In this document: one piece after another, positions 22,895 to 31,283 of the stretch
How positions within the stretch are numbered: position 1 is the stretch's first letter
Layout: each line of letters starts with the position of its first letter
From: a virus
Virus record (IMG/VR): IMGVR_UViG_3300020156_000015
Location: 1 to 40,587 of that record
Strand: one strand, 5' to 3'
DNA: 40,587 nt
The notes under the pieces: model-generated
The model's database searches: none
Told to the model about the DNA's origin: nothing
Seen by the model: only the letters and a program-made list of their open reading frames with translations
Translations under genes and position numbers: made by a program

Positions 22895-24847
22895 ATGACC
22901 GAACAGCCCCAAGGCTCGCTGGAGACACGCGACGACGCCGGCTCCGGCGGCCCGGGGCTGGTCAAGCTGTGGCTTGATGCCATCGCAGTGGCGGACAGCG
23001 ACGAGAAGAACTGGCGCGAGCGCGCGGTGGAGGTGTCCAACCTGTACCGCGACGCAAAGAAGGACACGGGCCGTCAGCGGCGCTTCAACATCCTGTTCGC
23101 CAACATCGAAACCATCGTTCCCGCGCTCTACAACTCGGTGCCGGTCCCGGACGTGCGCCGCCGGTTCAGCGACCGCGACGACGCCGGCCGGGTGGTCTCG
23201 CAGATCATCGAACGCACCCTGTCCTACTCGGTGGACGCCTACGACTTCGACAGCGTCATGACCGCCGCGGTCAAAGACCAGCAGGTTGTGGGGCGAGGTG
23301 TCTCGCGCGTGCGCTATGTGCCTACGGAGATCGAGGGGTACGTCCACGAAGAGGCCCGCTGCGAGCATGTGCAGTGGGCCGACTTCCGCCGTGGTCCCGG
23401 CCGGCAGTGGGATGACGTGCAGTGGGTGGCGTTCCGGCACCTGCTGACGCGAGACCAGCTGATCCAGTTGAACCCGAAGGTCGGCGGGGCAATCGCCCTG
23501 GACACGATCCCGGAGGGCTTCGAGAAGAAGGACGGCCAGAACGAGCCACCCGACCTGTTCAAGCGCGGGTGCGTCTGGGAAATCTGGGACAAGCAGGCCC
23601 GCGAGGTGGTGTTCATCGCGCCGGCCTACAAGGACGATGCGCTCCGCAAGGAGGCGGACCCGCTGGGGCTGCAGGGCTTCTTCCCGATGCCCCGGCCGCT
23701 GTACGACGTGGCGGCCACGGACACGCTGGTCCCGACGATCCCCTACGACATTTACCGCGACCAGGCGGAAGAGCTGGACCGGATCACCAGGCGGATCACC
23801 GCCCTTGTCGCGGCCCTGAAGTGGCGCGGCATCGCAGCCGGCGAGATCGTGGGCGCGCTGAAGCAGCTGGAGGACAAGGCAGACGGCGACTTCGTGCCGA
23901 CCGAGAACGCAGCGGCGTTCCTGTCGGGATCAGGCGGCGACCTGTCCAAGGCGATCTGGCTGATGCCGATCGAGCAGGCTGCCAAGGTCCTGGCGGAACT
24001 GTACCTGCAGCGCGAGCAGATCAAGAACGTCATCTACGAGATCACCGGGACCGCGGACATCATGCGCGGGTCTACCAAGGCCAGCGAAACAGCCACAGCC
24101 CAGCAGATCAAGGCGCAGTGGGGCTCGCTCCGGCTGCAGCGCAAGCAGGCGGACGTTGCCCGCTACGCCCGGGAACTGTTCCGGCTCAAGGCGGAAATCA
24201 TCGCGGGCAAGTTCTCCACTGAGAACCTGCAGATGATGACCGGCATCGAGATCACGCCGGACATTGAGCAGCTGCTCCGAACGGATGTGCTCCGTCAGTA
24301 CCGCATCGACATCGAGACGGATTCCACGATCCGCGCCGACCTGACGCGGGCACAGGAGAACATGACCGCGTTCCTGCAGGGGTTCGCGCAGTACATCCAG
24401 GCCGTGGGGCCAGCGGTGCAACAGGGCGCCATGCCCATGGACGTGGCGACAGACCTTCTCACCGCCTTCGCACGGGCCTTCAAGCTGGGGCGCCAGGCTG
24501 AAGACGCGCTGGAGCGGATGGGCGCCCAGGCCCAGCAGCAGGGGGTGCAGGGGCAGCAGGGCGCGGAGCAGGCCGCTCAGGCTCAGGCCCAGATGGAGCA
24601 GGCCAAGCTCCAGGGACAGATGCAGATCGAGCAGGCCAAGGCGCAGACCGGCATGCAGATGGCCCAAATAGAGGCGATGCGCGCCCAGCAGGAAGCGCAG
24701 TTTGCCCAGGCAGAGCACGCGCTGAAGATGGAAGAGCTTGAGCTGAAGCGGCAGATGCTGCGCGAGAAGCACCAGATGGACCTGGCGAAGATGGCGGCCC
24801 AGGCGGCGATGCCGCAGAAGCCGGCAAAGCCGGAGGCCCGTCAATGA
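22895..24847 (+). CDS. Portal protein with a long Q/A-rich C-terminal helical extension
   Basis: 650 aa, located directly after the terminase genes. The last approx. 110 aa are Q/A/M/E-rich heptad-like sequence. Confidence 0.8.
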   Translation: MTEQPQGSLETRDDAGSGGPGLVKLWLDAIAVADSDEKNWRERAVEVSNLYRDAKKDTGRQRRFNILFANIETIVPALYNSVPVPDVRRRFSDRDDAGRVVSQIIERTLSYSVDAYDFDSVMTAAVKDQQVVGRGVSRVRYVPTEIEGYVHEEARCEHVQWADFRRGPGRQWDDVQWVAFRHLLTRDQLIQLNPKVGGAIALDTIPEGFEKKDGQNEPPDLFKRGCVWEIWDKQAREVVFIAPAYKDDALRKEADPLGLQGFFPMPRPLYDVAATDTLVPTIPYDIYRDQAEELDRITRRITALVAALKWRGIAAGEIVGALKQLEDKADGDFVPTENAAAFLSGSGGDLSKAIWLMPIEQAAKVLAELYLQREQIKNVIYEITGTADIMRGSTKASETATAQQIKAQWGSLRLQRKQADVARYARELFRLKAEIIAGKFSTENLQMMTGIEITPDIEQLLRTDVLRQYRIDIETDSTIRADLTRAQENMTAFLQGFAQYIQAVGPAVQQGAMPMDVATDLLTAFARAFKLGRQAEDALERMGAQAQQQGVQGQQGAEQAAQAQAQMEQAKLQGQMQIEQAKAQTGMQMAQIEAMRAQQEAQFAQAEHALKMEELELKRQMLREKHQMDLAKMAAQAAMPQKPAKPEARQ

Positions 24848-25095
24848 GCTACCCGAACGCTCGTCAAGTCGGCGTCCTGCATATCATCACACAGGCGATG
24901 AATGCCGCGGGCTATGGACAGCCGCGTTTTGAGCGCGAAACAGACACGTTGGTCTTTTCGTCGTACCGGCACCCCGACGACGACATCAGCATCACGGTCA
25001 GCGCCGCCGAATGCGCTCACCGTGACCCGTTCACCGTGGCTCAGCAGAAGATGGACGAGGCGCTGGAGCGGCTTGCGCCGGAGGCCCGCGCATGA
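24844..25095 (+). CDS. Hypothetical head-module protein (83 aa)
   Basis: ATGA-coupled to the portal gene. Confidence 0.65.
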   Translation: MSYPNARQVGVLHIITQAMNAAGYGQPRFERETDTLVFSSYRHPDDDISITVSAAECAHRDPFTVAQQKMDEALERLAPEARA

Positions 25096-25346
25096 CCGTC
25101 TACGTCTTGAGGGACGGCCAGCTTGTTCCGAAGGACGAGGCCCCGCCCAAGGGTGGCGTCATGATCATTCGCGACCTGCCGGCCTACAAGTCCCCGCTCG
25201 GAACGGGCGTGATCGATGGTCGCGCCGCCCGCCGTGAGGACCTGAAGCGCAACGGCTGCCGCGAGGTCGATCCCTCTGAGTGGCGGCCGACCTACCGCAA
25301 CGAACGCTTTGCCCGGTCGCGTGGCCTACCGCTGACCCGCGACTAA
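25092..25346 (+). CDS. Hypothetical head-module protein (84 aa)
   Basis: ATGA-coupled ORF. Confidence 0.65.
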   Translation: MTVYVLRDGQLVPKDEAPPKGGVMIIRDLPAYKSPLGTGVIDGRAARREDLKRNGCREVDPSEWRPTYRNERFARSRGLPLTRD

Positions 25347-25388
25347 CCGCCGGCCCCTCGACGGCACCGGCACATCCCCAGGAGAGAC

Positions 25389-26426
25389 ATGGACGAACTG
25401 ACCAACGGCGCGCCGGAAGGCGTCGCCGCACCCCCGGAGTCTGTGCCGCAGACCATGGAACAGACCATGGAGGCGGTGTGGGAGAAGAACAACCCGCCGC
25501 GCTCCGAGGGTGGCCAGTTCGCCGCCAAGAACCCCGCTCCCGTCGAGCCCGCTCCGGAGAGCAACGAGACATCCGACCAGCCCAGCGCTGACGGTGGAGA
25601 GCCGGCCGCAGAGCCCGCCATCTCCCCGCCCGCGTCATGGTCGGCTGACAAGAAGGCAGTCTTCGCCTCGCTTCCTCGCGAAGCCCAGGAGTACATCCTG
25701 AGCCGCGAAACCGAGGCACAGAACGCCCTCAGTCAGATGGGCAGGAAGGCCAAGTTCGCAGATGAGCTTGACCGGGTCATCGGACCAAGGCGCGACATCC
25801 TGCGTGCGGAGTACGGATCGGAAGCAAACGGCGTCAACCAGCTGCTCCAGATTTCGGACTTCGCCGCGAAGGACCCCGCCGGGTTCATCTCCTGGTTCGC
25901 CCAGCAGCGCGGAATTGACCTGAAGGCGCTTGCCCCCGCTCCGCAAGAGCAGGGCAGCGTAGACCCCGTACTCGCCGCCACCCGGCGCGAGCTGGACCAG
26001 ATCAAGGCCCACCTCCAGAACCAGAACCGCGTCCAATCCGAAACGCAACTGCGGACCACGGCCTCACTTGTCGAGCGGTTCGCCGCCGATCCCCAGAACA
26101 AGCATTACCAGGATGTCCAAGACGACATGGTGATGCTGATTCCGGCGATCATGCAGCAGAACCCCGGCAAGAGCCCGGAAGATGTCCTGAAACTCGCCTA
26201 CGAGAAAGCCTGCCGCGCCAATGACGCGGTGTGGGGCAAGATCGAGGGCGAGCGGCGCCAGGAAGAGGAGCGGAAGCGGAAGGAGGAGGCGGAGAAGAAG
26301 GCCGCGGAAGCCAAGCGTCACCAGTCCATCAACGTCCGTGCGGGCCAGGGCGGAAACCCTGTCGCGCCGAAGTCGATGGAAGAGACGATGGCCCAGGTCT
26401 TTGACCGGCTCAGTGCGGGTGGCTGA
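25389..26426 (+). CDS. Putative scaffolding protein
   Basis: 345 aa, highly charged and helical, with a KRKEEAEKKAAEAK tail. Sits between the portal and major capsid genes. Confidence 0.6.
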   Translation: MDELTNGAPEGVAAPPESVPQTMEQTMEAVWEKNNPPRSEGGQFAAKNPAPVEPAPESNETSDQPSADGGEPAAEPAISPPASWSADKKAVFASLPREAQEYILSRETEAQNALSQMGRKAKFADELDRVIGPRRDILRAEYGSEANGVNQLLQISDFAAKDPAGFISWFAQQRGIDLKALAPAPQEQGSVDPVLAATRRELDQIKAHLQNQNRVQSETQLRTTASLVERFAADPQNKHYQDVQDDMVMLIPAIMQQNPGKSPEDVLKLAYEKACRANDAVWGKIEGERRQEEERKRKEEAEKKAAEAKRHQSINVRAGQGGNPVAPKSMEETMAQVFDRLSAGG

Positions 26427-26458
26427 CCCACAATCCACCTGGATAGGAGACAGCCGCC

Positions 26459-27424
26459 ATGGCTTCCCCCAACACCACCTTTACGGAGATGGTCACGACC
26501 ACTCTCCGCAATCACCCCACACAGGTGGCCGACAACGTGTCGGACCACAACGCCTTGTACAGCCGCATGAAGTCCAAGGGCAACATCAAGAAGCTCTCGG
26601 GCGGCTACGAGATCGTGCGTCCCCTCGACTATGCCGAGAACGCCACGTTCCAGCGCTACAGCGGCTTCGACACCCTGAACGTCCAGGCTTCCGACGTGCT
26701 GTCGGCGGCCAAGTACGACTGGGTGCAGTCGGCGGTGCATGTCGTCGCCAGCGGTCGCGAACTCCGCATGAACAGCGGACGCGAGCAGATGATCAATCTG
26801 GCGTCGGCGCGGACGAAGAACGCCCTTCGGACGGCGGCCAACAACATGTCCGTGGACCTCTACTCGGACGGCGCGCTGACCAACCAGATGGGCGGCCTGG
26901 CCCACATCATCCAGACCAACGGCCAAGGCACGGTCGGCGGCATCAACTCCGCCACCTACACCTTCTGGCGGAACCAGTTCCGCGAGATGACCGGCACCAA
27001 CGCGTTCACCAAGAGCACCATCAAGGGCGAGTTCAACACGCTCTGGCTCTCCTGCGTCCGCGGCGCCGACAAGCCGGACCTGATCGTCGCGTCCAACGAC
27101 GTGTATTCGGCCTACTGGGAGTCCCTCCAGGACCTCCAGCGCTACGCGTCGGACGACAAGGCCGCCGCCGGCTTCGCGGCCCTCAAGTACGTCACGGCTG
27201 ACGTGATCTTCGACAGCAACTCCAACTTCAGCACGACGGCGGAGAGGGCCTATTTCCTCAACACCGACTACCTGGAGCTGGTGGTCCACTCGGAAGCGAA
27301 CTGGACCACGCTGGACGACAAGATGTCCGTCAACCAGGACGCTGTGGTCATCCCCATCATCTGGCAGGGCCAGCTGGTGTGCTCCAACCGGAGCCTCCAG
27401 GGCATCCTGATCGACGCCTCGTAA
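26459..27424 (+). CDS. Major capsid protein
   Basis: 321 aa following the scaffold gene. The sequence pattern (VADNVSDHNALYSRMK, GGINSATYTFWRNQ) is recalled from podovirus/BPP-1-like capsid families. Confidence 0.8.
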   Translation: MASPNTTFTEMVTTTLRNHPTQVADNVSDHNALYSRMKSKGNIKKLSGGYEIVRPLDYAENATFQRYSGFDTLNVQASDVLSAAKYDWVQSAVHVVASGRELRMNSGREQMINLASARTKNALRTAANNMSVDLYSDGALTNQMGGLAHIIQTNGQGTVGGINSATYTFWRNQFREMTGTNAFTKSTIKGEFNTLWLSCVRGADKPDLIVASNDVYSAYWESLQDLQRYASDDKAAAGFAALKYVTADVIFDSNSNFSTTAERAYFLNTDYLELVVHSEANWTTLDDKMSVNQDAVVIPIIWQGQLVCSNRSLQGILIDAS

Positions 27425-27437
27425 GGAGGGCCTATCC

Positions 27438-27926
27438 ATGTTCATGATCGGTATCGACATCAACAGCGTCTCGACCACCGCGCAGTACACCCCCGGCACC
27501 ATCGGGGCGGTCTTCGATGACGGCTTCTACAAGGTCTACAAGTACGTCAAGTACAGCGACGGGACGGCCAACCTCGACCTGGCGGCCGGCGATGTCGTGT
27601 ACTACGTCGATGACACCGGCTACGGCACGCACACCGTCACGGCGGATGTGTCGGATGCCACCGGCCAGGAGATCGGCGCGGGCGTGGTCGTGGCCGCGGT
27701 CACCGAGGATGCGTCCTACTTCTGGGTGCAGATCAAGGGTGCCGCGACCGTCACCGAAGCCCTCGGTGGCTCGGCCGGCGACGGCGATCCGCTGACCTGC
27801 GTCGGCGCGTCCGACAAGGCCCTGACCAAGGCGGCGGAAGCGGACAGCACGGGGGTCTACAAGCCCGTCGTGGCGTTCGCAGTCGATGCCTCGGCCAAGG
27901 AAATCATCTGCGATTTCCCGTACTGA
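27438..27926 (+). CDS. Putative capsid decoration / accessory head protein
   Basis: 162 aa directly after the major capsid gene, followed by a strong terminator. The function is inferred from position only. Confidence 0.5.
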   Translation: MFMIGIDINSVSTTAQYTPGTIGAVFDDGFYKVYKYVKYSDGTANLDLAAGDVVYYVDDTGYGTHTVTADVSDATGQEIGAGVVVAAVTEDASYFWVQIKGAATVTEALGGSAGDGDPLTCVGASDKALTKAAEADSTGVYKPVVAFAVDASAKEIICDFPY

Positions 27927-27933
27927 GCACACG

Positions 27934-27966
27934 GGGGCGGTTCTTCGGGGCCGCCCCTTTTCCTTT
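27934..27966 (+). terminator. Intrinsic terminator after the capsid genes
   Basis: GGGGCGGTTC-TTCG-GGGCCGCCCC stem-loop followed by TTTTCCTTT. Near-identical to the terminator at 23..53. Confidence 0.8.
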
Positions 27967-27987
27967 CAACCACCACAGGAGAGTGCC

Positions 27988-28611
27988 TTGTTTGCTGACC
28001 TGTCCCGCGGCGCGTCCCTCTCGCCCGCACTGGAACCCCAGAACCTCCCGGCGATTCACCCCGTCGAGTTCTGGACCGACTACCAGCCTCGGGGGGACGG
28101 GCAGTACGATCCGGTGGACTGGGTCCGCTGGGTCAAGAAGGGCCAGATCAACGGAGCGACCACGGAAGACAAGGTCGCCCGGGTCGAGAAGCACAACAAG
28201 GCCGCCTGGTCTGTCCTCCAGCCCTACTATGAGGCGTGGAAGAAGAAGGAAGACGCGCCGGTCAACGGCACTCCGCTCGACGCCTGCCCCTTCGTGACGC
28301 GCGAGCAGGTCAAGGTGCTGGCCGGCTTCCACCTGAAGTCCGCCGAGGATGTCGCGAGCCTGGAAGACAGCGCCCTTTCGCGCATCGGCATCCCCGGTGT
28401 CCGCGCCCTGCAGCAGAAGGCGCGGGCCTTCGTGGAGGCGCAGAAGGGCCAGGCGATCGTCGCCGAGGCGATGGCCTCGCGTGATGCGCTGATCGAGCAG
28501 CAGGCCCAAGAGCTGGCCGAGCTGCGCAGGACCGTCGAGCACCTGGCCGCACAGTCCGGCCGCACCCGCCGCCAGCGCCCCGGCGACATCGCCGAGAACG
28601 TACCGGAGTAA
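27988..28611 (+). CDS. Hypothetical virion protein (207 aa, TTG start)
   Basis: SD AGGAGAG lies 4 nt before TTG 27988, in frame with ORF 27886..28611. C-terminal coiled coil. Confidence 0.6.
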   Translation: MFADLSRGASLSPALEPQNLPAIHPVEFWTDYQPRGDGQYDPVDWVRWVKKGQINGATTEDKVARVEKHNKAAWSVLQPYYEAWKKKEDAPVNGTPLDACPFVTREQVKVLAGFHLKSAEDVASLEDSALSRIGIPGVRALQQKARAFVEAQKGQAIVAEAMASRDALIEQQAQELAELRRTVEHLAAQSGRTRRQRPGDIAENVPE

Positions 28612-28617
28612 CGCCAC

Positions 28618-29325
28618 ATGACCTTGCTGACGGTTGTACAGAACGCCTCGCGCCGGCTGGGGCTCACCACCCCATCCGCGGTGATCGGCTCGTCCGACGC
28701 AACCGTCATCAAGCTCCTGGGGCTGTCGAACCAAGGCGGGTGGGAGCTTGCAAGGCGAGCCAACTGGCAGGCCCTGACCAAAGAGAAGACGTTCACCTCA
28801 GTTGCTCAGGAGAGTCAGACCGGGGCCATTCCCACCGATTTCGACCGGATCATCAACGACACGTTCTTTAACCGGACCCGCAAGCGGCAGGTGGTGGGCC
28901 CCCTCACGCCGCAGCAGTGGCAGGCGCAGAAATCCATCATCGCCACCGTCCTGTACGACAGCTTCCGCATCCGCGGTGACGCCATCCTGCTGCTGCCCAC
29001 CCCGCCGGCAAGTGACACCTACGCCTACGAGTACATCTCGTCCTACTGGGTGGACACCGACGCGGACGGCGACGGTGACGCGCTGGCGTGGGAGGCGGAT
29101 GACGACGTTGCGCTGCTCGATGAGGAGCTGCTGACGCTCGACCTCGTGTGGCGGTTCCGCCAGTCCAACGGACTGGATTACGCGGAGGCGTTCAACACCT
29201 TCGAGATGCAGGCCGCCCAGGTTATTGCGAGGGACGGCGCCAAGACGCTCATCTCCATGTCAAACGAGACCAGCTACGACCGGCCCCGGTATCCGGGTGT
29301 CCAGGAAGGCAACTGGAGCCTCTGA
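28618..29325 (+). CDS. Putative head-tail adaptor / virion structural protein
   Basis: 235 aa. Assigned by position and by an N-terminal pattern (LLTVVQNASRRLGL) recalled from adaptor-like phage proteins. Confidence 0.5.
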   Translation: MTLLTVVQNASRRLGLTTPSAVIGSSDATVIKLLGLSNQGGWELARRANWQALTKEKTFTSVAQESQTGAIPTDFDRIINDTFFNRTRKRQVVGPLTPQQWQAQKSIIATVLYDSFRIRGDAILLLPTPPASDTYAYEYISSYWVDTDADGDGDALAWEADDDVALLDEELLTLDLVWRFRQSNGLDYAEAFNTFEMQAAQVIARDGAKTLISMSNETSYDRPRYPGVQEGNWSL

Positions 29326-30857
29326 TGCAGCTCCGCCGGGTCTCTCAGCGAACCGCGTCGGTCGCAACATCGATCCCGGCGCCCGTCGAGGGCTGGGACG
29401 CCATCTCCGCGCAGGCGGACATGCGACCGGCGCGGGCCATCGTCCTGGAGAACTTCTTCCCCGAGCCGGGACAGGTGCGGCTCCGGCGTGGATTTTCCTC
29501 GCATGTGACCGGCATGACCGGGGCCGTCGAAAGCCTCATGACATGGAACGGCGGGACATCCTCCAAGATGTTCGCCGCGGCCAACAACGAGATTTACGAC
29601 GTGACGGCTTCCGGCGCCGTTGGCTCCGCTGCGGTCACCTCCCTGACCAATAACCGCTGGCAGCACATCAACTTCGGAGCGGGTGGCGGGTCGTACCTGG
29701 TCATCGCCAATGGCGCGGATTCGGTGCGGAACTATAACGGGTCGGCTTGGTCCACCCCCTCGATCACGGGCGTGACCTCGGCCGACCTCATCCACGTGAT
29801 GGCCCATAAGCGGCGCCTGTACTTCATCAAAAAGAACACTCTGTCCGTGTGGTACCTCGGCTCCGCAGCCATCTCGGGTGCAGCAACAGAGTTTCCCATG
29901 GAGGCGGTGTTCCGCCGCGGGGGTCACCTCATGACCTTCGGGTCTTGGTCGGTGGACGGCGGCGACGGCTTGGACGACATGGCCGTATTCATCACCTCGG
30001 AAGGCGAGGTGGCGGTGTATCAGGGCCTCGACCCAGGAGCGTCGGACTGGTCGCTGGTCGGCCGGTACGACATCGGCGCGCCGATCGGCCGGCGGTCCCT
30101 GCTGAAGGTGGGCGGCGACCTGGGTGTCATCACGGTCGACGGCTTCGTGCCGCTGTCCTCGGTGCTGCAGGTGGACCGGGCGGCAGTGGAAAAGGTCAGC
30201 CTGTCCAACCGGATCAAGAACGCTGCCAACGAGGCCGGCAGGCTCTACAAGGACAATTTCGGCTGGCAGGCCATCGGCTACCCCCGCGGCAACTGGGCGC
30301 TGTTCAATATCCCTGTCGCCGAGACGCAGACGGCGCATCAGTACGTCATGAACATCCTGACGGGTGCGTGGTGCAAGTTCACCGGCATCAACGCCAACTG
30401 CTGGGAAATCCTCAACGACATGCTCTATTTCGGGGGCAACAGCGGCAAGGTCTACCTGGCGGACGATGGCTTTGACGATGACGGGGCGGTGCGGGAAGGC
30501 AATATCAAGACCGCCTTCAACTACTTCGGCAAGCGGGGGCAGCTGAAGCAGTTCAAGCTGGTCAAGCCGATCATCACCTCTGACGCCGAGGTGTCCCCGG
30601 CCGTGGAACTCAATGTCAACTTCGAGGATCGCTACCCCACCGCGGTTCCGAGTACCGCCGGCACATCCGGCCCCTTCTGGGACGAAGAGGACTGGGACGA
30701 TGTGTTCTGGGGTGGGTCTGCGGACATCACCCAGGCATGGACCGGGGTTGTGGGGCTTGGGGTGTGCGCGGCGGTGCGGCTCCGCATATCGAGCGACTCT
30801 GCGGACATCGCTCTCGCCGCCTTCGATGTGATTTACGAGCCCGGCGGCGTTTTCTGA
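29325..30857 (+). CDS. Virion structural protein (tail tube/nozzle-like)
   Basis: 510 aa from internal ATG 29325, which shares 1 nt with the upstream stop. N-terminal PAPVEGWDA...A.VLENFFPEPGQVRLRRG pattern. Confidence 0.55.
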   Translation: MQLRRVSQRTASVATSIPAPVEGWDAISAQADMRPARAIVLENFFPEPGQVRLRRGFSSHVTGMTGAVESLMTWNGGTSSKMFAAANNEIYDVTASGAVGSAAVTSLTNNRWQHINFGAGGGSYLVIANGADSVRNYNGSAWSTPSITGVTSADLIHVMAHKRRLYFIKKNTLSVWYLGSAAISGAATEFPMEAVFRRGGHLMTFGSWSVDGGDGLDDMAVFITSEGEVAVYQGLDPGASDWSLVGRYDIGAPIGRRSLLKVGGDLGVITVDGFVPLSSVLQVDRAAVEKVSLSNRIKNAANEAGRLYKDNFGWQAIGYPRGNWALFNIPVAETQTAHQYVMNILTGAWCKFTGINANCWEILNDMLYFGGNSGKVYLADDGFDDDGAVREGNIKTAFNYFGKRGQLKQFKLVKPIITSDAEVSPAVELNVNFEDRYPTAVPSTAGTSGPFWDEEDWDDVFWGGSADITQAWTGVVGLGVCAAVRLRISSDSADIALAAFDVIYEPGGVF

Positions 30858-31279
30858 TGCAGTGCGTCTACGGCCTTGACCAGGCGGTATGCGCCTGGGT
30901 GGCGGCGCGCGTCCCGTACCTGACCGGATTTGGCCCATCCGTGGCGGTTGGAGTGGCCCGCGGAAGCGTGATCGTCGCGGGGATCGTCTGGCACGCCTAC
31001 AGCCCAACGCAGCCGGGCGGGAACATAGAAGTGACCATGGCCGCGGACTCGGCCATGTGGCTGCGCCCGCGCATCCTGACGGAGCTACTGAACTATCCGT
31101 TCAAGCAGCTTGGCTGCCACCGCATCACGGCGGTAGTGGCGCGGAAGAACAAGCGGTCTCGCCGCTTCGTGGAGCACTTCGGATTCAAGCTGGAGGGCGT
31201 CGTCCGGCAGGGCTTCGGCCAGGAGGACGCGATGATTTACGGCATGTTGCGGTCTGAGTGCCGCTGGCTGAAGGAGTAG
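30857..31279 (+). CDS. GNAT-family N-acetyltransferase embedded in the tail module
   Basis: 140 aa from ATG 30857, which shares 1 nt with the upstream stop. LGCHRITAVVARKNKRSRRFVEHFGFKLEGVVRQ is a GNAT motif A/B-like core (RimJ/L-like). Confidence 0.75.
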   Translation: MQCVYGLDQAVCAWVAARVPYLTGFGPSVAVGVARGSVIVAGIVWHAYSPTQPGGNIEVTMAADSAMWLRPRILTELLNYPFKQLGCHRITAVVARKNKRSRRFVEHFGFKLEGVVRQGFGQEDAMIYGMLRSECRWLKE

Positions 31280-31283
31280 GCCC

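Noticed and set aside
29274-31007. Very long antisense ORFs opposite the structural genes: 577 aa here, also 26318..27502, 21991..23067, 23930..24844, 31872..32783 and 33515..34429.
   Set aside because: The products are Arg/Pro/Gly/His-rich low-complexity sequences. They are fully nested opposite well-supported genes with recognisable motifs. Such shadow ORFs are expected in GC-rich DNA.
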